Source of the DNA: Octopus sinensis | Lineage: Eukaryota | Assembly (NCBI RefSeq): GCF_006345805.1 | Contig: NC_043010.1 | Coordinates: 68,339,165-68,403,164, forward strand | DNA: 64,000 nucleotides | Direction of reading: 5' to 3' | Shown: positions 39,631 through 52,817 of the stretch, in pieces | Numbering within the stretch: the first letter of the stretch is position 1 | How the letters are laid out: the number at the start of each line of letters is the position of its first letter | The notes under the pieces: generated by a model | Told to the model about the DNA's origin: nothing | What the model saw: only the letters and a program-made list of their open reading frames with translations | Database searches by the model: none | Program-made: the position numbers and the translations under genes

Positions 39631-40229
39631 CACAGGTGCACATACGCGTACACACATATGCACAGGCATACATACACACATGCAAATTTCATACAGACAT
39701 AGTTTATGGTTTCGTTATAGTTAGGATCGACAAAAACATACTCCATGCAATGAGAGATAAATGTTATTTAATATACACACTGTTTAAAATAAGACCTCCT
39801 AATAGTTTCTTGCCATGGAGACACAGATTTATACAACGAAGATTTGTATAATGTGCCTAATCTCAGTGTCTCTAAGGTAAAAAAAAAACTATTTTAAATG
39901 TCGTCTATATTAACCGATATATATGTACATATATATGTGTGTTTGTGTGTGTGTGTGTGTGGCAAATGAAAGACGGAGATGGAATACACAAGAATTTATT
40001 AATGACGACAATCGTTTCGACACATCTAGCATCGATACCACATGGATGGGACACTCATTCTTTACCTGAATTTGTGTTTAGGGAGAGTCATCATGTCAAT
40101 ATAATCAACCACACAAACTGGTTCAATTCTATTCGTTTATTAGACATCCTATTTTTCTTTTTTTGGTCAAAACTCTTTCGATGCGCTTTTGCAACATTCT
40201 CAGTGACTATCGACTGTACATACATACAT

Positions 40230-40410
40230 TATAGATCGTTAGCCACTACACACATTTTTTCCCTCGTTGTTTTTTCTGAGTCCCTTTCTGTAGAAGAGCG
40301 TAGGCTCGAAACGTAAAAGACTTTTTCTATTCCTGAGCGTTATACTAATACGTCTGTTTGTTTTGTACACCACCTGTCTTCGTCTTTTGTTTTTTTTCGT
40401 AATCTCTACC
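40230..40410 (+). mobile_element. Family E short element with variant HHR core
   Basis: cttt-CTGTAGA-a-GAGC-gtag-GCTC-GAAA-CG-TA-aaag at 40284-40319; near-identical inverted copy at 55303-55500. Confidence 0.75.
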
Positions 40411-40413
40411 TAA

Positions 40414-40491
<78 letters not shown>

Positions 40492-40809
40492 TAATATATA
40501 TATGCGCATGCGTGCGCGTGTGTATGTGTGTGTGTGTGTGTGTGTGTAGAAGAAATAAAATGGAACACCCGAGTTGATATGTATGAGGAAAAAAGTCAAG
40601 GTAGAAACTGCTAAAATAATTTTATCATAAAAATCATTTTAGTACCGGTTCCATTCATTAAGACTTTTTCAACTGTAAGTATAGAAAACATTTAAATTTT
40701 GGATAAATTAAATGAAAAGATTTTTAAAAGAATATTTGCATAGTATTCAAATAAAAGGTGCATTTTCCTCGTTTCACATATAAATATACCTACACACACA
40801 CACACACAC

Positions 40810-40848
<39 letters not shown>

Positions 40849-40854
40849 TATATA

Positions 40855-41361
40855 TCTATATATATAAAACTCTAGTTGTGTGAGTGTCTGTCCCCTTCGA
40901 TTTAGATTCCTAACTCCTCCCACATTTTGCGGTGCAGTTTAGTTAACAAATTCGGGGATCTTATAGTCGTGATTCATATCGAGCCCGTCTGACTATTAGC
41001 GCGCGTCAACGATGAGTCTACGATTTTAAAAATAATTTAACATCATTTTTATTCCATTTTAATGCATAAAATGCATCGTGTGTCGATGGCGGTGGAGTTG
41101 GCGTCCACGCTCACAGCTGCACCTGTTTGCTTCTCCCCCTTCCCTCCCTCGTGAAGCTGTGGGGAAGGGAGTGTAAAGAAATCAACGTCGTAATGCGTTG
41201 TGAAGGGAAACCAGCGTTCTTTTAGAACACGACTTCATGGCTTGAAGACACCAAAACAAAAATGGCTAAGAAAGCCCGAATTTATAAGGGAAGTAACTCT
41301 CTAAAAATGCTTATATAGTTATTCCCTTACAAACCCGAGCAACGCCGGGCGATACTGCTAG
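40855..41361 (+). mobile_element. Non-autonomous Helitron, family F3
   Basis: A|TC start; 5' part shared with 33094-33478; unique ~200-bp middle; same hairpin and CTAG|T end. Confidence 0.88.
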
Positions 41362-41429
41362 TATATATATATAGATTTTGCATAGGTATTGCGGATATGT
41401 TATGAAGGAGCAATTTTTTAATGCGTTCA

Positions 41430-41968
41430 TACATATGCATACACATACATGAACGTATGTGTATGTATGCATGTACGTATTTAAATTTGTATATACACAT
41501 AACACCTATATATATAGATATATATATATATATATATATATATCTATATATATTATATGTATGTAAATATATGCAAACACGCCTTCGTCTTAATATAGCT
41601 ATGTATATGATTTTGTGTATATGCATCTGAATATATATGTGTGTTGTATATATATATATGTGTGTGAGTGTGTATGTATGTAAATATGTGTGCGTGTAGG
41701 TATGTATATATATATATATATGTGTGTGTGTGTATGTATGTATATATATATATATGTGTGTGTGTATGTATGTATATATATATATATGTGTGTGTGTGTG
41801 TAGGTATGTATATATATACGTGTGTGTGTATGCATATATATGTGTGTATGTATATGTATATGTATGTGTGTATGTATATATAAGTGTGTGTATGTCTATA
41901 TATACAATAAATGCACACACACATAAACACACATACATTCTAAGAGGTGCGCACATACCAGCTCACAC

Positions 41969-42018
<50 letters not shown>

Positions 42019-42120
42019 AGTGTTTGTGGTGTGTGTGTGTTTGATATACATATATGTGCGCGCGTGCGTATGTGTGTGTATGTGTGTGTGTATGTATGTG
42101 TGAATGTATCAATGTGTGAA
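41430..42120. repeat. (TA)n/(TG)n microsatellite region
   Basis: Direct inspection. Confidence 0.9.
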
Positions 42121-43178
42121 TGTAAGCAATTTCCATTGAACCATAAACATTGGCAACACCTGCAAATAGCGGCAAATTAATCTGTGTATGTCATATGCAG
42201 TTTTAGCACGAACGCTTACCGTCAATTTGCGCACCACATTCATATATAGACATTGGTATTTGGTGTTGATGTAGAGGTATAAAAAGCCGGATTCCAAAAT
42301 TCTAGCTCTGGTTTCAAGGAATGTTATTACGATGTTTCTAAATTAATATCGCTTCGACATTAGGAAATGAGGCTGCATGGCCCGGTGGTTAGTGAGTTGC
42401 TTGCTTGATCGCAATGCTAACTATAGTGGATAGCGTGTTCGAATTCTGAGCGCAGATTTTCCTTGTATGAAGTGAGGTTTTTTAGTCGAAGAAATCGTCC
42501 CCAGGACTTATTCTTTGTAAGCTTAGTAGTTATTCTGTCCGTCCCTTTTGCCGAACCGTTCATTTACAGGGGACGTAAACACACCAACATTGCTTGTCAA
42601 GCGGTGGTAGAGTGACAGACATAGAAAAAATATTATAGGTTTCCCGTTTTGGGGGATTCTGGTTTTTTATTATTTTGTGGGGAAAAAAATTAATTTCGAA
42701 CGTTTTAGGCTTTGTTGTTACGTCTCTCCCCCCCCCCCAGCGGGGATGGGATTTGAACTGTTGTCCTCGTTGAGAGAAAAGAAAAAGTAAAAAAATTATA
42801 GGCTTCCCATTTTCTGGGGTTAAATTGTGTATAAATTTATTTCGAACGAATATGTCGGTCGAAATAATTCAAGAAACAAACCAGCTGCATGAGCCAGCAA
42901 AAAAGTTCGCGGCAGGAGCCGTTAAATCGTGTAAAAATGTAGTAATACAAAGGGAGAAACTCTCCGAGCTTTTTGAGAGAATGAAAGAGGAGGGTGGGGT
43001 TATAAAGATCTCCCCTAGTGTTTGAAATATGAAGAGAAGGACAGTCGTTTACAAAACGTAATGTCCTTCATCGAAAAAATTCAAGCACTTCGAAAAGTGG
43101 GAAATAGAAAAATGCCTGGCTCCTACATGGAAAGATATAAAATACATAGCGAGGAGCCGGACATATGGAACAATAGAG

Positions 43179-43683
43179 GGATCTTTTCACTTTGACAGGC
43201 AGATTTTAAAAATAATTTCTTTTTAACTAAACACTTTTAAACTTCGTATAGTGGTAGAATGTGTTACATAAAACATCTTTTTCTCTTGGCTTTCTTGAGA
43301 AAATTCTGTAGTCTGTAAGCTATTTGTTGTTAAATTTCTTGCATTTCGGCAATTTCAACCAATCAATGACGTTTATTGAGGTGAATACAATTACTGCTGT
43401 AGTTTGTCAACAACAATTTCCTGCGGTGTCTACTCAGTTTGTCACTGTTATTTATGACATATTTCATATCAGTTACGTTCGTATGAATAAAAGATTATCG
43501 TCATTAAACTTTTATTATATGCTGTGAACATATTCTAAGTTCACAACATATGCAGTTTTAATTTCCCACTCCGTTGCACAGATACACACATTAAATATTA
43601 TATATTCGTTTAAGAAACAGTTTCGGTTCATTTACATTTCTGAAGAAAAAAGATACCCTTCCCCCACCCCTAACCCTAACCCC
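43179..43683. mobile_element. Older relative of the adjacent MITE (host of the nested copy)
   Basis: Starts ggatcttttcactttgacaggcag; colinear with 43684-44000; ends in cctaac repeats. Confidence 0.75.
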
Positions 43684-44100
43684 GGATCCTTTCGGTTTGA
43701 ACGGCAGTTTTTAACATAATTTCTAGGCAACTAAAAAATTTTAAACTCCGTATACTGGTAGAATGTGTTTATAAAACATCTTTTTTCTCTTGGCTTTATT
43801 AAGAAAATTCTATAGTTAGTAAGATATTTGTTGTTTTTTTTCTTCAATTTCTGCAATTTCAACCAATTAATGACGTGTATTGAGGTTATAAACATTCTGT
43901 GCCGTATGAATATGTCCCTCGTTTAAGAAACAGATTGGGTTTATCTACATTTGTGAAGAAAAAGAGATGCCCTTCCCCCACACCTAACCTTAACCCTAAA
44001 ACAGATTGAAATGCAATAGATCGATACTAGGGTCATAATTATGGGTGACAATTTCATATGACACCGCTAGAAAAAACTGCCGTTCAAACCGAAAAGATCC
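43684..44100. mobile_element. Merlin-like MITE
   Basis: TIRs ggatc(c/t)tttcggtttgaacggcagttttt; 8-bp TSD ctaacccc (43676-43683, 44101-44108). 5'-GG TIRs with an 8-bp TSD fit the Merlin superfamily. Confidence 0.8.
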
Positions 44101-44114
44101 CTAACCCCTAATCC

Positions 44115-44240
44115 TCAGGGATAGAAAGAAAGGTTCTTTAACGTTTCGAGCAAAGCTCTTTTTCAGAAACAGTTGACAGAGGAAAGTCCAAGAACAAAGG
44201 AAGACAGAGGAATAAATCGCCAACAATCCACAAGTAGCTG

Positions 44241-44245
<5 letters not shown>
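44115..44245 (-). mobile_element. Family E-related short element
   Basis: Minus strand ttt-CTGAAAA-a-GAGC-ttt-GCTC-GAAA-CG-TT-aaa. Confidence 0.6.
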
Positions 44246-44292
<47 letters not shown>

Positions 44293-44411
44293 GCAGGAGT
44301 GGCTGAGTAATTCTTGGCTTTCTTTCATCAGTCAAATCCCAGAAGTCACGACTATTTCGGGCACACACACATACACATACACACATATATATATATCCGG
44401 ATGGATATATA

Positions 44412-44422
44412 GATCTGGATGT

Positions 44423-44464
<42 letters not shown>

Positions 44465-44475
44465 ACATCCAGATC
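44412..44475. repeat. Perfect 64-bp palindrome centred on (TA)17
   Basis: gatctggatgttatg-(ta)17-cataacatccagatc. Confidence 0.93.
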
Positions 44476-45197
44476 AATCCGGCCTCTTGAGCCAGCTTTG
44501 GTCAGTTGACCATTAAGTGACGTATCGCTGTAGAATATATGGACCAGAATATATTTTTTTCATAAAAAAAAAAATAGAAACCGACAACCCACTCCCTCCC
44601 TCCCTCCACCTCCCACCTGTTAAGTGGGTAATTCGAATAATTAACCCCCCTCCACCTTCACCAACATCTCCGCTTCCCGCCCGCCAGCCCGCCCGCCAGC
44701 CCCCACCCCCCATACTTTGTCCTTACCCTTACCATAGTGGATTAGCTTTCAGTCATTTTTGAAACTCGCTGGTAATTTTCCTGTCAGAAGGTCTCATTTT
44801 TTTGTCTCATTTTTCTGGCTGCCATTGCTGTTGAGGTGGCGGTGGTGTTGCAGTTGTTGTTGTTGGTTGTTGCTGTTGTTGTTGTTGTCGGCTTTTGCTG
44901 TTCTTTTTATTCGCTCTTCGGTTACAGAAATAGAAATTTCGCGGAAGTATTTCATTTATGTATGTTTATTTACATCTCTAACCCTAAATACACACACACA
45001 CACTCACACACGTGTGTGTGTGTATTGGTATAGGCGTTTTTGCACGGTAGTGTGTAACTGGGTTCCGTGTATCTGTATTAGTGTATGTGCACGAGCGTGG
45101 GCGTTTGTGAGGGTGTATATGTGTGCACAGGTTTTAAGAGAAAGCGTGGATATGTGTGTGTGTGTACTTGTATTCGTTTAAATTTGAGTAAAAATTC

Positions 45198-45660
45198 AGA
45201 GGAAGGGAGGGGGTGAGAGAGAGGAAGGAAGAGAGAGGGAGATGGGGAGAGAGGGAGAGAGGAGGAGGGGAGAGATGGGAGAGAGGAGGAGGGGGAGAGA
45301 GAGGAGGAGGGAGAGATTGGAGGGAGAGAGATGGAGGGAGGGAGAGAGATGGAGGGAGAGAGAGAGGGTGGGTGATAGAGAGATAGAGTGATAGAGAGAG
45401 AGAGTGATAGAGAGAGTGACAGAGAGAGAGAGAATGATAGAGAGAAAGAGTGATAGAGAGAGATTGATAGAGAGAGAGAGTGTAAGAGAAAGAGAGTGAT
45501 AGAGTGATAGAGAGAGAGTGAAAGAGAGAGACAGAGAGAGAGAGAGTGACAGAGAGAGAGTGATAGAGAGAGAGAGTGTGATAGAGAGGGAGAGAGTGAT
45601 AGAGAGAGAGTGTGTGATAGAGAGAGAGAGAGATAGAGAGAGAGAGAGTGATAGACAGGA
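45198..45660. repeat. Polypurine (GA)n/(GAGT/GATA) tract
   Basis: Direct inspection. Confidence 0.93.
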
Positions 45661-46105
45661 TAGACAAGTTTAGATTCCAAGCTGTGTCCTCTTGAAGAAC
45701 ACTCCTATTCACAAATGAAACACGTGTAAAAGTGAATAAATTACATCTTTTACCTTTTTCTTGTTCCTATCCTTAGACTGTGGTCATGCTGCGGTACCAA
45801 AACCTTTTTTGCCATCTTGTTTTGATATATTCCGTCTTCGTCAATTGTTTCACATTAAATTTGTTTACTTTCGAACGTCCAATCTGTATTGTTTTGTTTG
45901 CTCGAAGCCCTAATTCTCCGCAAATTTTGCGGGCGCCGCCGATATGCAAAGTTGTGAGTTTTATCGTTAAAGGCATGAAACTGTGTATTAATATTTCGGT
46001 CGATAACTGATGAAGATTTAGGGTCCTTCTGTGTCTGTCCTACGTATAAAGATTAAAATCACGTTAAGGATAATTATCAGATAGTTAGCATAGAAATAAA
46101 CAATT

Positions 46106-46146
<41 letters not shown>

Positions 46147-46324
46147 TATTGTTTGAGTCTGGTGTGTTTATTCTATCAGTCCTTTTTCTGAAATCGCCAA
46201 GTTGCAAGGACATAAACAAACCAGCACCAGCTGCCAAATGGTGATATGTATAATTATTGATTTAATCTATATATGCCCAACCCAACATATACATACGTAT
46301 ATATATATGTATACATAGACAGAC

Positions 46325-46400
<76 letters not shown>

Positions 46401-47581
46401 GGGGAGAGAGAGAGGGAAGGAGAGAGGTAAAGAGAAAGAGAGAAGGAGAGAGAGACTGAAAGAGACAGAGAGAAAGACAGAGAGAGAGAGAGACTGAGAG
46501 AGACTGAGTGAGTGAGCAGGAGAGTTGAAGGAGTAGGTGCCACTGGCAAATGGAAGACCTAAGACGTAAACATCGTAAGGAATAAATTACGTATGCTTTT
46601 TTAATTATTCGTGATACACTGCCGTGTTTCGATCTTCTGTTCGTTAAAGTTCGGAAATTATGAAATTCCACTTTGGGGAATTTAGAAGAAAAATACTATA
46701 AAAAAAAAGAGAGAATATATAGACAAGGTTTAGGAGATGAGAATATCTTTAACAAGGAGTTTTCCGTCTGGACTATCTTAAAACCAACCAGAGTTATTTG
46801 AAGACATACATATGTATAGAGGTGCAGAAGGGATGAACAAAAGCTAAGAAGAAAAAAAAGGAGGGAGAGAGGGATTGGGAGAAAGATCCAAATATATCTA
46901 TGGCAGTAAATTAGAAGAAAAAGACGAAAATGGCAAAGATAAAAAAGGCTTTATCAACAACATTCAAGCTGAGGTAAAAAGTCGGTTTCCTTGCGCTGAA
47001 GGTTTTGTTCCGTAGATTTTCTTTCAAACGGATTTTAATGGGAAAAAGATGTACACTTGTATGTCGGATAAGATGGAAACGCAGTAAGGAGGATGAGAGT
47101 GAGTTTGGGGGAAAGAATAGCTGCGAAAAAAAAAAATGATTTAATAAAAGCATCAAACAGAATGAAGAGATATGAAAAAGGAAATGAGAAAAAAACGAAA
47201 GTTAGTGTTGAGGGGGTGAAAACAAAAAGCAGAGTGCGGAAAATGAATAGGCCTAAGAGTGATTGTAAGACTAAGTGTGCTAGGGAAGGTCGTTGACTTG
47301 ATAAATGTATAAAAATAGTAACAATATATCTAGCAGAAGTGTTTGAAATCAAAGCAAGATACCTTAAAATATTCTTGCTGGTGCAAAGCGTACGTTTTTT
47401 TAACCGGTGTTTTTGTAAAATATGTTGCCGTAAAATCATTGGTCCTTTATAACGCTCACATTTTTATAATGTTTGCGTTAACGTTGTAGTATTGTTAAGT
47501 TTCATAATTAAATAAAAGAACAGTGTTATTTTAATAATAATGATATTTCAGTAGTAATTAAGTAAATTACAACATATATAT

Positions 47582-47992
47582 ATTTCTTTATTGCCCACAA
47601 GGGGTTAAACATAGAGGGGACAAACAAGGACAGACAAAGGGATTCATTCGATTACATTGACTCCCAGTGCGAAACTGGTACTTTATCTATCGACCCCGAG
47701 AGGATGAAAGGCAAAGTCGACCTCGGCGGAATTTGAACTCACAACGTAACGACAGACGAAACACCGCTAAGCATTTCGCTAACGTGTCTGCCAGCTCAGG
47801 ACAAACAAGGATAGACAGACGGATTAAGTCGATTGCATCGACCCCAGTGCGTAACTGGTACTTATTTAATCGACCCCGAAAGGATGAAAGGCATAGCCGA
47901 CCTCGGCGGAATTTGAACTCAGAACATAACGGCAGACGAAATACGGCTACGCATTTCGCCCGGCGTGCTAACGGTTCTGCCAGCTCGCCGCC
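47582..47992 (-). mobile_element. SINE family C tandem dimer
   Basis: Two consecutive reverse-complement copies of 35128-35358. Confidence 0.88.
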
Positions 47993-48416
47993 CCAGACAG
48001 TTGTTATTTAACAAACAAAAATTTATGCATGAATGTTTATAAATATGATTTAGACTTTGTTGTGAAGTCACAAATTAATTTTTCATGGTTTTGTGCAATG
48101 GATAATGTTAGCTTAGGTTAAAAAATAATTAAAAAAGAGAAAAGGTTATGTATAAAGGCTGAAGTACAAAAGGTTGGAAACAACAAAAAATGAAGAAAAT
48201 AGAAGAAAAAGAAGAGACAGCAGAAGAAAGGAATATATTTAGAGTTCAAATAAGAAGCAAGAGAAAGGATGATTTAAGAAAATTAAGAAATTAATATACG
48301 CGTAGATGATTTCGTAATCTCCATATCAAAAGACCAAAAGGATAGGCATCTACCTATCCTTTTGTTCCATTATATATATATATATATATATATATCTATA
48401 TATATATATATATATA

Positions 48417-48450
<34 letters not shown>

Positions 48451-49375
48451 CACCAGCTTAATCGATTCATTGCCTATAACCAATCTTTATTCAGGCAGCT
48501 ATAAACTATAACATCCCTGTGTTAAAAGCTGGAGTATAAGCGCAATTCGAACTAAACATGAAGTATATATGCCTTTTGTCTTATGTCATTTGACATCGTA
48601 TTAACCAGAATTTACCAATAATGTATGCGATTCTGAGATGGATGAAGTGAAGGAGGGTGTAGGTAAATTATGAAGTGTAAGGGGAGAGTTTTATTGTGTA
48701 ATATCTGGGACTTATTTAGCAGTTTCGTTCTTGTGTTTTCGATTGGTTTTTCGTGGTGGGGTTGTATAAAGTGGCGATCAATAATTAAAAGAAATATATG
48801 GAAATTAGTAAGTGATAATGGAATACGGGAACAGATAAAAAGAATTACTTCATGGCTGTGTGGTTAAGAAGCTCGCTTTGAAATCACATCATTTCGGGTT
48901 CAATCCTACAGCTTGGCAACTTGGAAAACATCTGCTATAGCTCCGGAATGACCAATACCGTGTGAGTAAATTTAGTATACGGAAAGTGTGTAGAAGCCCA
49001 TAGTACAAATAAATATTTGTAATTATAGATCGTATGCAAAAAGAGAAAAACTGTGAGTGGGAAGAAGTGAGTAACTCTGTTGTGTTTTTCTCATACGCAA
49101 TGTGTAACTAATTAACGTTGGGCTACTCTCACGATTTCGTAGTAAATACGAAAGTATGTTTGCAGACTGAAGCAAGCTCAAAATTCTTGTTAGTTATATT
49201 GCCATGATAAAGCAAGGCTCTGCAGTTCTCAGAGATGCATAAATCGCAGAAGCTCGAGATTTTACTGTAAGCTTCAGATATAATAACTTGTAAACTTATC
49301 GTTGAATTCCCAAATGTACTCGGCAAGTTATGATTATGCCCGAATGCATTTCAGAAAGTGACACCCTATATTACG

Positions 49376-49429
<54 letters not shown>

Positions 49430-49814
49430 TCTCTCTCTCCGCCTCTCTCTTTCTTTCCCTGTCTTTCATCCTCTAAGAAAACAAACATCATTAAAATATG
49501 TATAACGCAAAGAAAAGATAGATTTAATAACCGTTGCATCAATTATGTTAATACGGACTTAACTATTGTTTTGTGATGAGGATGGCGTGTGTGAATCATT
49601 TATTCTCTAAGCAACTGTAAGTTCTTCTCTCAATTTACTCGCAGACTTATTCACTTATTCACCTTATTCATAATTCCCTGACCCCTATTTTGTAGCAAAA
49701 TTAAAAATTCATTGATTACGTCATAATATGGCTTTAAAATTTGTAGACTTATCACTTCTACTTTTCGAAAAGAAAAACAAAACTATTTTGCATTTTCTAA
49801 TAGTTGGTTTGTTA

Positions 49815-51455
49815 TATTTTGTTGCCCTGCTCTCCTGTTGTTGGCCTGCTCTCCTGTTGCCCCTTCTCTCCAGTTGGCCTGCTCTCCACCTGGCCTGCCC
49901 TCCAGCTGGCCTGTTCTCCAGCTGGCCTGCTCTCCAGCTGGCCTGCCCTCCAGTTGGCCTGCTCTCCAGCTGGCCTGCCCTCCAGCTGGCCTGCTCTCCA
50001 GCTGGCCTGCTCTCCAGCTGACCTGCTATCTAGCAGGCCTGCCCTCCAGTTGGCTTGCTCTCCAGCTGGCCTGCCATCCAGTTGGCCTGGTCTCCAGCTG
50101 GCCTGCTCTCCAGCCGGCCTGCTCTCCATTTGTCATACTCTCCAGTTGATCTGCTCTCCAGACGGCCTGCTCTCCAGTTCGGCTGATCTCCCTTTGACTT
50201 GCTCTCCAGCTTGCCAGACCTCCAGTCGGCCTGCTCTCCATTTGATTGCTATGGACTGCTCCAGTTGTCCTGCTTTCCAGCTGGCCTGCTCTCCAGTTGG
50301 CCTGCTCTCCATTTGATTGCTCTCCAGCTGACTAGCGTCCAGCTGGCCTGCTCTCCAGCTGACCTGCTCTCCAGCTGACTAGCGTCCAGCTGGCCTGCTC
50401 TCCAGCTGACCTGCTCTCCAGCTGACCTGCTCTCCAGCCGGCCTGCTCTCTAGTTGGCCAGCCCTCCAGTTGGCCTGATCTCCAGCTTACCTGATCTCCA
50501 GCTGGCCTGCTACCCAGTTGGCCTGGCCTCCATTTGAAATGCTCTCCAGCTGGCCAACCCTCCAGTTGGCCTGCTCTCCAGCTGGCCTGTTCTCCAGTTG
50601 ACCTGCTCTACAGTTTCGCTTGCTATCCAGTTGGCTTGCTCTCCTTTTGGCCAGCCCTCCAGTTGTCCTGCTCCCCAGCTGGCCTACTCTCCAGCTGACC
50701 TGCTCTCCAGTTGTACTGCTCTCCAGTTTCGCTTGCTATCCAGTTAGCTTGCTCTCCTCTTGGCTTGCTCACTTGTTGGCCTGATCTCCAGCAGGCCTGC
50801 TCTCCAGTTGGTCTCCTCCCCAGCTGGCCTGTTCTCCAGCTGGCCTGCTCTCCAGTTGTCCTGCACTCCATTTTCGCTTGCTATCCAGTAGGCTTGCTCT
50901 CCTTTTGGCTAGGCTTCCAGTTAGCCTGGTCTATTTTCCAGCTGGCCTGCTCTCCAGTTGTACTGCTCTCCAGTTTCGCTTGCTATCCAGTTGGCTTGCT
51001 CTCCTGCTCTTTAGTTGTCCTGCTCTCCAGTTGGCTTGCTCTCCTTTTTAGTGCTCTCCAGTTGGTATGCTCTCCTTTTGACCTGCTCTTATTTGGCTTG
51101 CTCTCCTTTTGACTTGCTCCCCAGTTTGCCTGCTCTCCATTAGCTTACTCTCCTTTTGACTTGCTTCCCGGCTGGCCTGCTCTCCAGTTGGATTGCTCTC
51201 CTTTTAGCTTGTTCTCCTTTTAACTCGCTTTCCAGTTGGCCCGCTCTCCTTTTGACTTGATCTCCTTTTCGCCTGCTCTCCAGTTTGCTTGCTGTCGTTT
51301 TGGCTTGCTCTCCTTCTGGCTTGCTCTCCAGTTGGTCTGCTCTCCAGCTGGCCTTCTCTCCATTTGGCTTGCTCTCCAGTTGTCCTGTTCTCCATTTTGG
51401 CTTGCTCTCCTTTTTAGCTTGCTCTCCTTTTGATTGCTCTCCAGTTGGTCTGCTC
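49815..51455. repeat. 16-bp GC-rich minisatellite, about 100 units
   Basis: Unit ctggcctgctctccag drifts to ttggcttgctctcctt; the 16-aa periodicity in the ORFs equals 3 units. Confidence 0.95.
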
Positions 51456-51539
51456 TACATACATACATATATACATTTTTATGTGTATTGTACATTTGCT
51501 TATAGATACATATACATACATACTTGCATATATAACTGG

Positions 51540-51835
51540 CGCTACGTCGGTTATGACGACGGAGGGGTTCCAGTTGATCCCATCAATGGAACATCCCTCT
51601 CGTGAAATTAATGTGCAAGTGGCAGACTATTCTACAGACACGTACGACCTTAACGTAGTTCTCAGGGACAAGGCTGGCCCTTTCAAATATAGATACTACT
51701 TTTTTCTTGCCGGATGAATGGAATGGAGCAACCTGAAATACAGGGTCATGCTCACGGACACAACGCGTCGCCGGGAATTGAACTCACGACTTTGCGATCG
51801 TAGGCCGAATGCCCTAACCACTAAACCACGAGCTT
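51540..51835 (-). mobile_element. Older SINE with B-type tail
   Basis: Homology to 37685-37975 in reverse. Confidence 0.72.
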
Positions 51836-51959
51836 TAACATATTATATATATATATATATAGGGAGATGTACTCGCATAGCAAGTAATTTGATCTGAGAT
51901 CGTGTGCTGAAACGATATAAACACCTTCCACGCTGCAATTGTTATATATATATATATAT

Positions 51960-52160
51960 AGTTAATCCAAACAAGAAGGCACAAAAAAACACTACAACGC
52001 GAGGACGTGGAACAAATATAGTATTATTGGAGGCTCAGGAAAGAACGAAAGAAGGAGGGTTTAACGTTTCGAGCGGAGCTCTTCGTCGGAAACATAGGAG
52101 AAGGAAAGATCCAGAGAAGGGAAGACAGAGGGAAAAAAAATCGCCAACGGTACACACGAG
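51960..52160 (-). mobile_element. Family E-related short element
   Basis: Minus strand gttt-CCGACGA-a-GAGC-tcc-GCTC-GAAA-CG-TT-aaac. Confidence 0.62.
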
Positions 52161-52227
52161 GTCAAAAAAGGTAAGACAACAAAAGCAAGAAAGTGACCCC
52201 GATATTATGTAAATAGAGGAATTTATA

Positions 52228-52408
52228 TGTAAATGTAATATGTGACAATTATTTGGTAGCCATGATAAAACTCCGAGTTTCGGATGCTTGGGCGGAAGTT
52301 TTCCGATGGCCGCATAACTGAATAGATGGCGGTGTGGATATCCACCTCGGCATCTGAAACACCGAGTTTTATCATGGCTACCGTATAATTGTCACATATA
52401 ACATTTAC

Positions 52409-52409
<1 letters not shown>
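52228..52409. repeat. Foldback element with ~65-bp inverted arms
   Basis: tgtgacaattatttggtagccatgataaaactc..gtttcggatgc versus gcatctgaaac..gagttttatcatggctaccgtataattgtcaca. Confidence 0.85.
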
Positions 52410-52443
<34 letters not shown>

Positions 52444-52455
52444 CACACAGACACA

Positions 52456-52494
<39 letters not shown>

Positions 52495-52773
52495 GGATGT
52501 GTGCACGATTCTAGCAGCTGAATCTTTGCAATGTTTACACACAACTACGTATACCTACATAAGGTACCGGAGAGCCTTTTTGCCAATAATACCGCCAGGA
52601 GAATCTGGAAATTGTGAGAAGCTAAGATTCCTCCTTGTTTTCTCTCGTTCGCTTCTCTTGTATGTTTACTTGTTGGGTTTTTTGTTTTAATGGTTTCATT
52701 TATATATAATTGTTTTTGTGCTTACACACACACACACATATATTATATGTTATATATGTGTGTATGTCTTATA

Positions 52774-52817
<44 letters not shown>

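Noticed and set aside
49728-51495. Repetitive ORFs on both strands (LQLACSPAGLLSSWPA)
   Set aside because: The 16-bp unit is not a multiple of three, and frequent stops break all frames.
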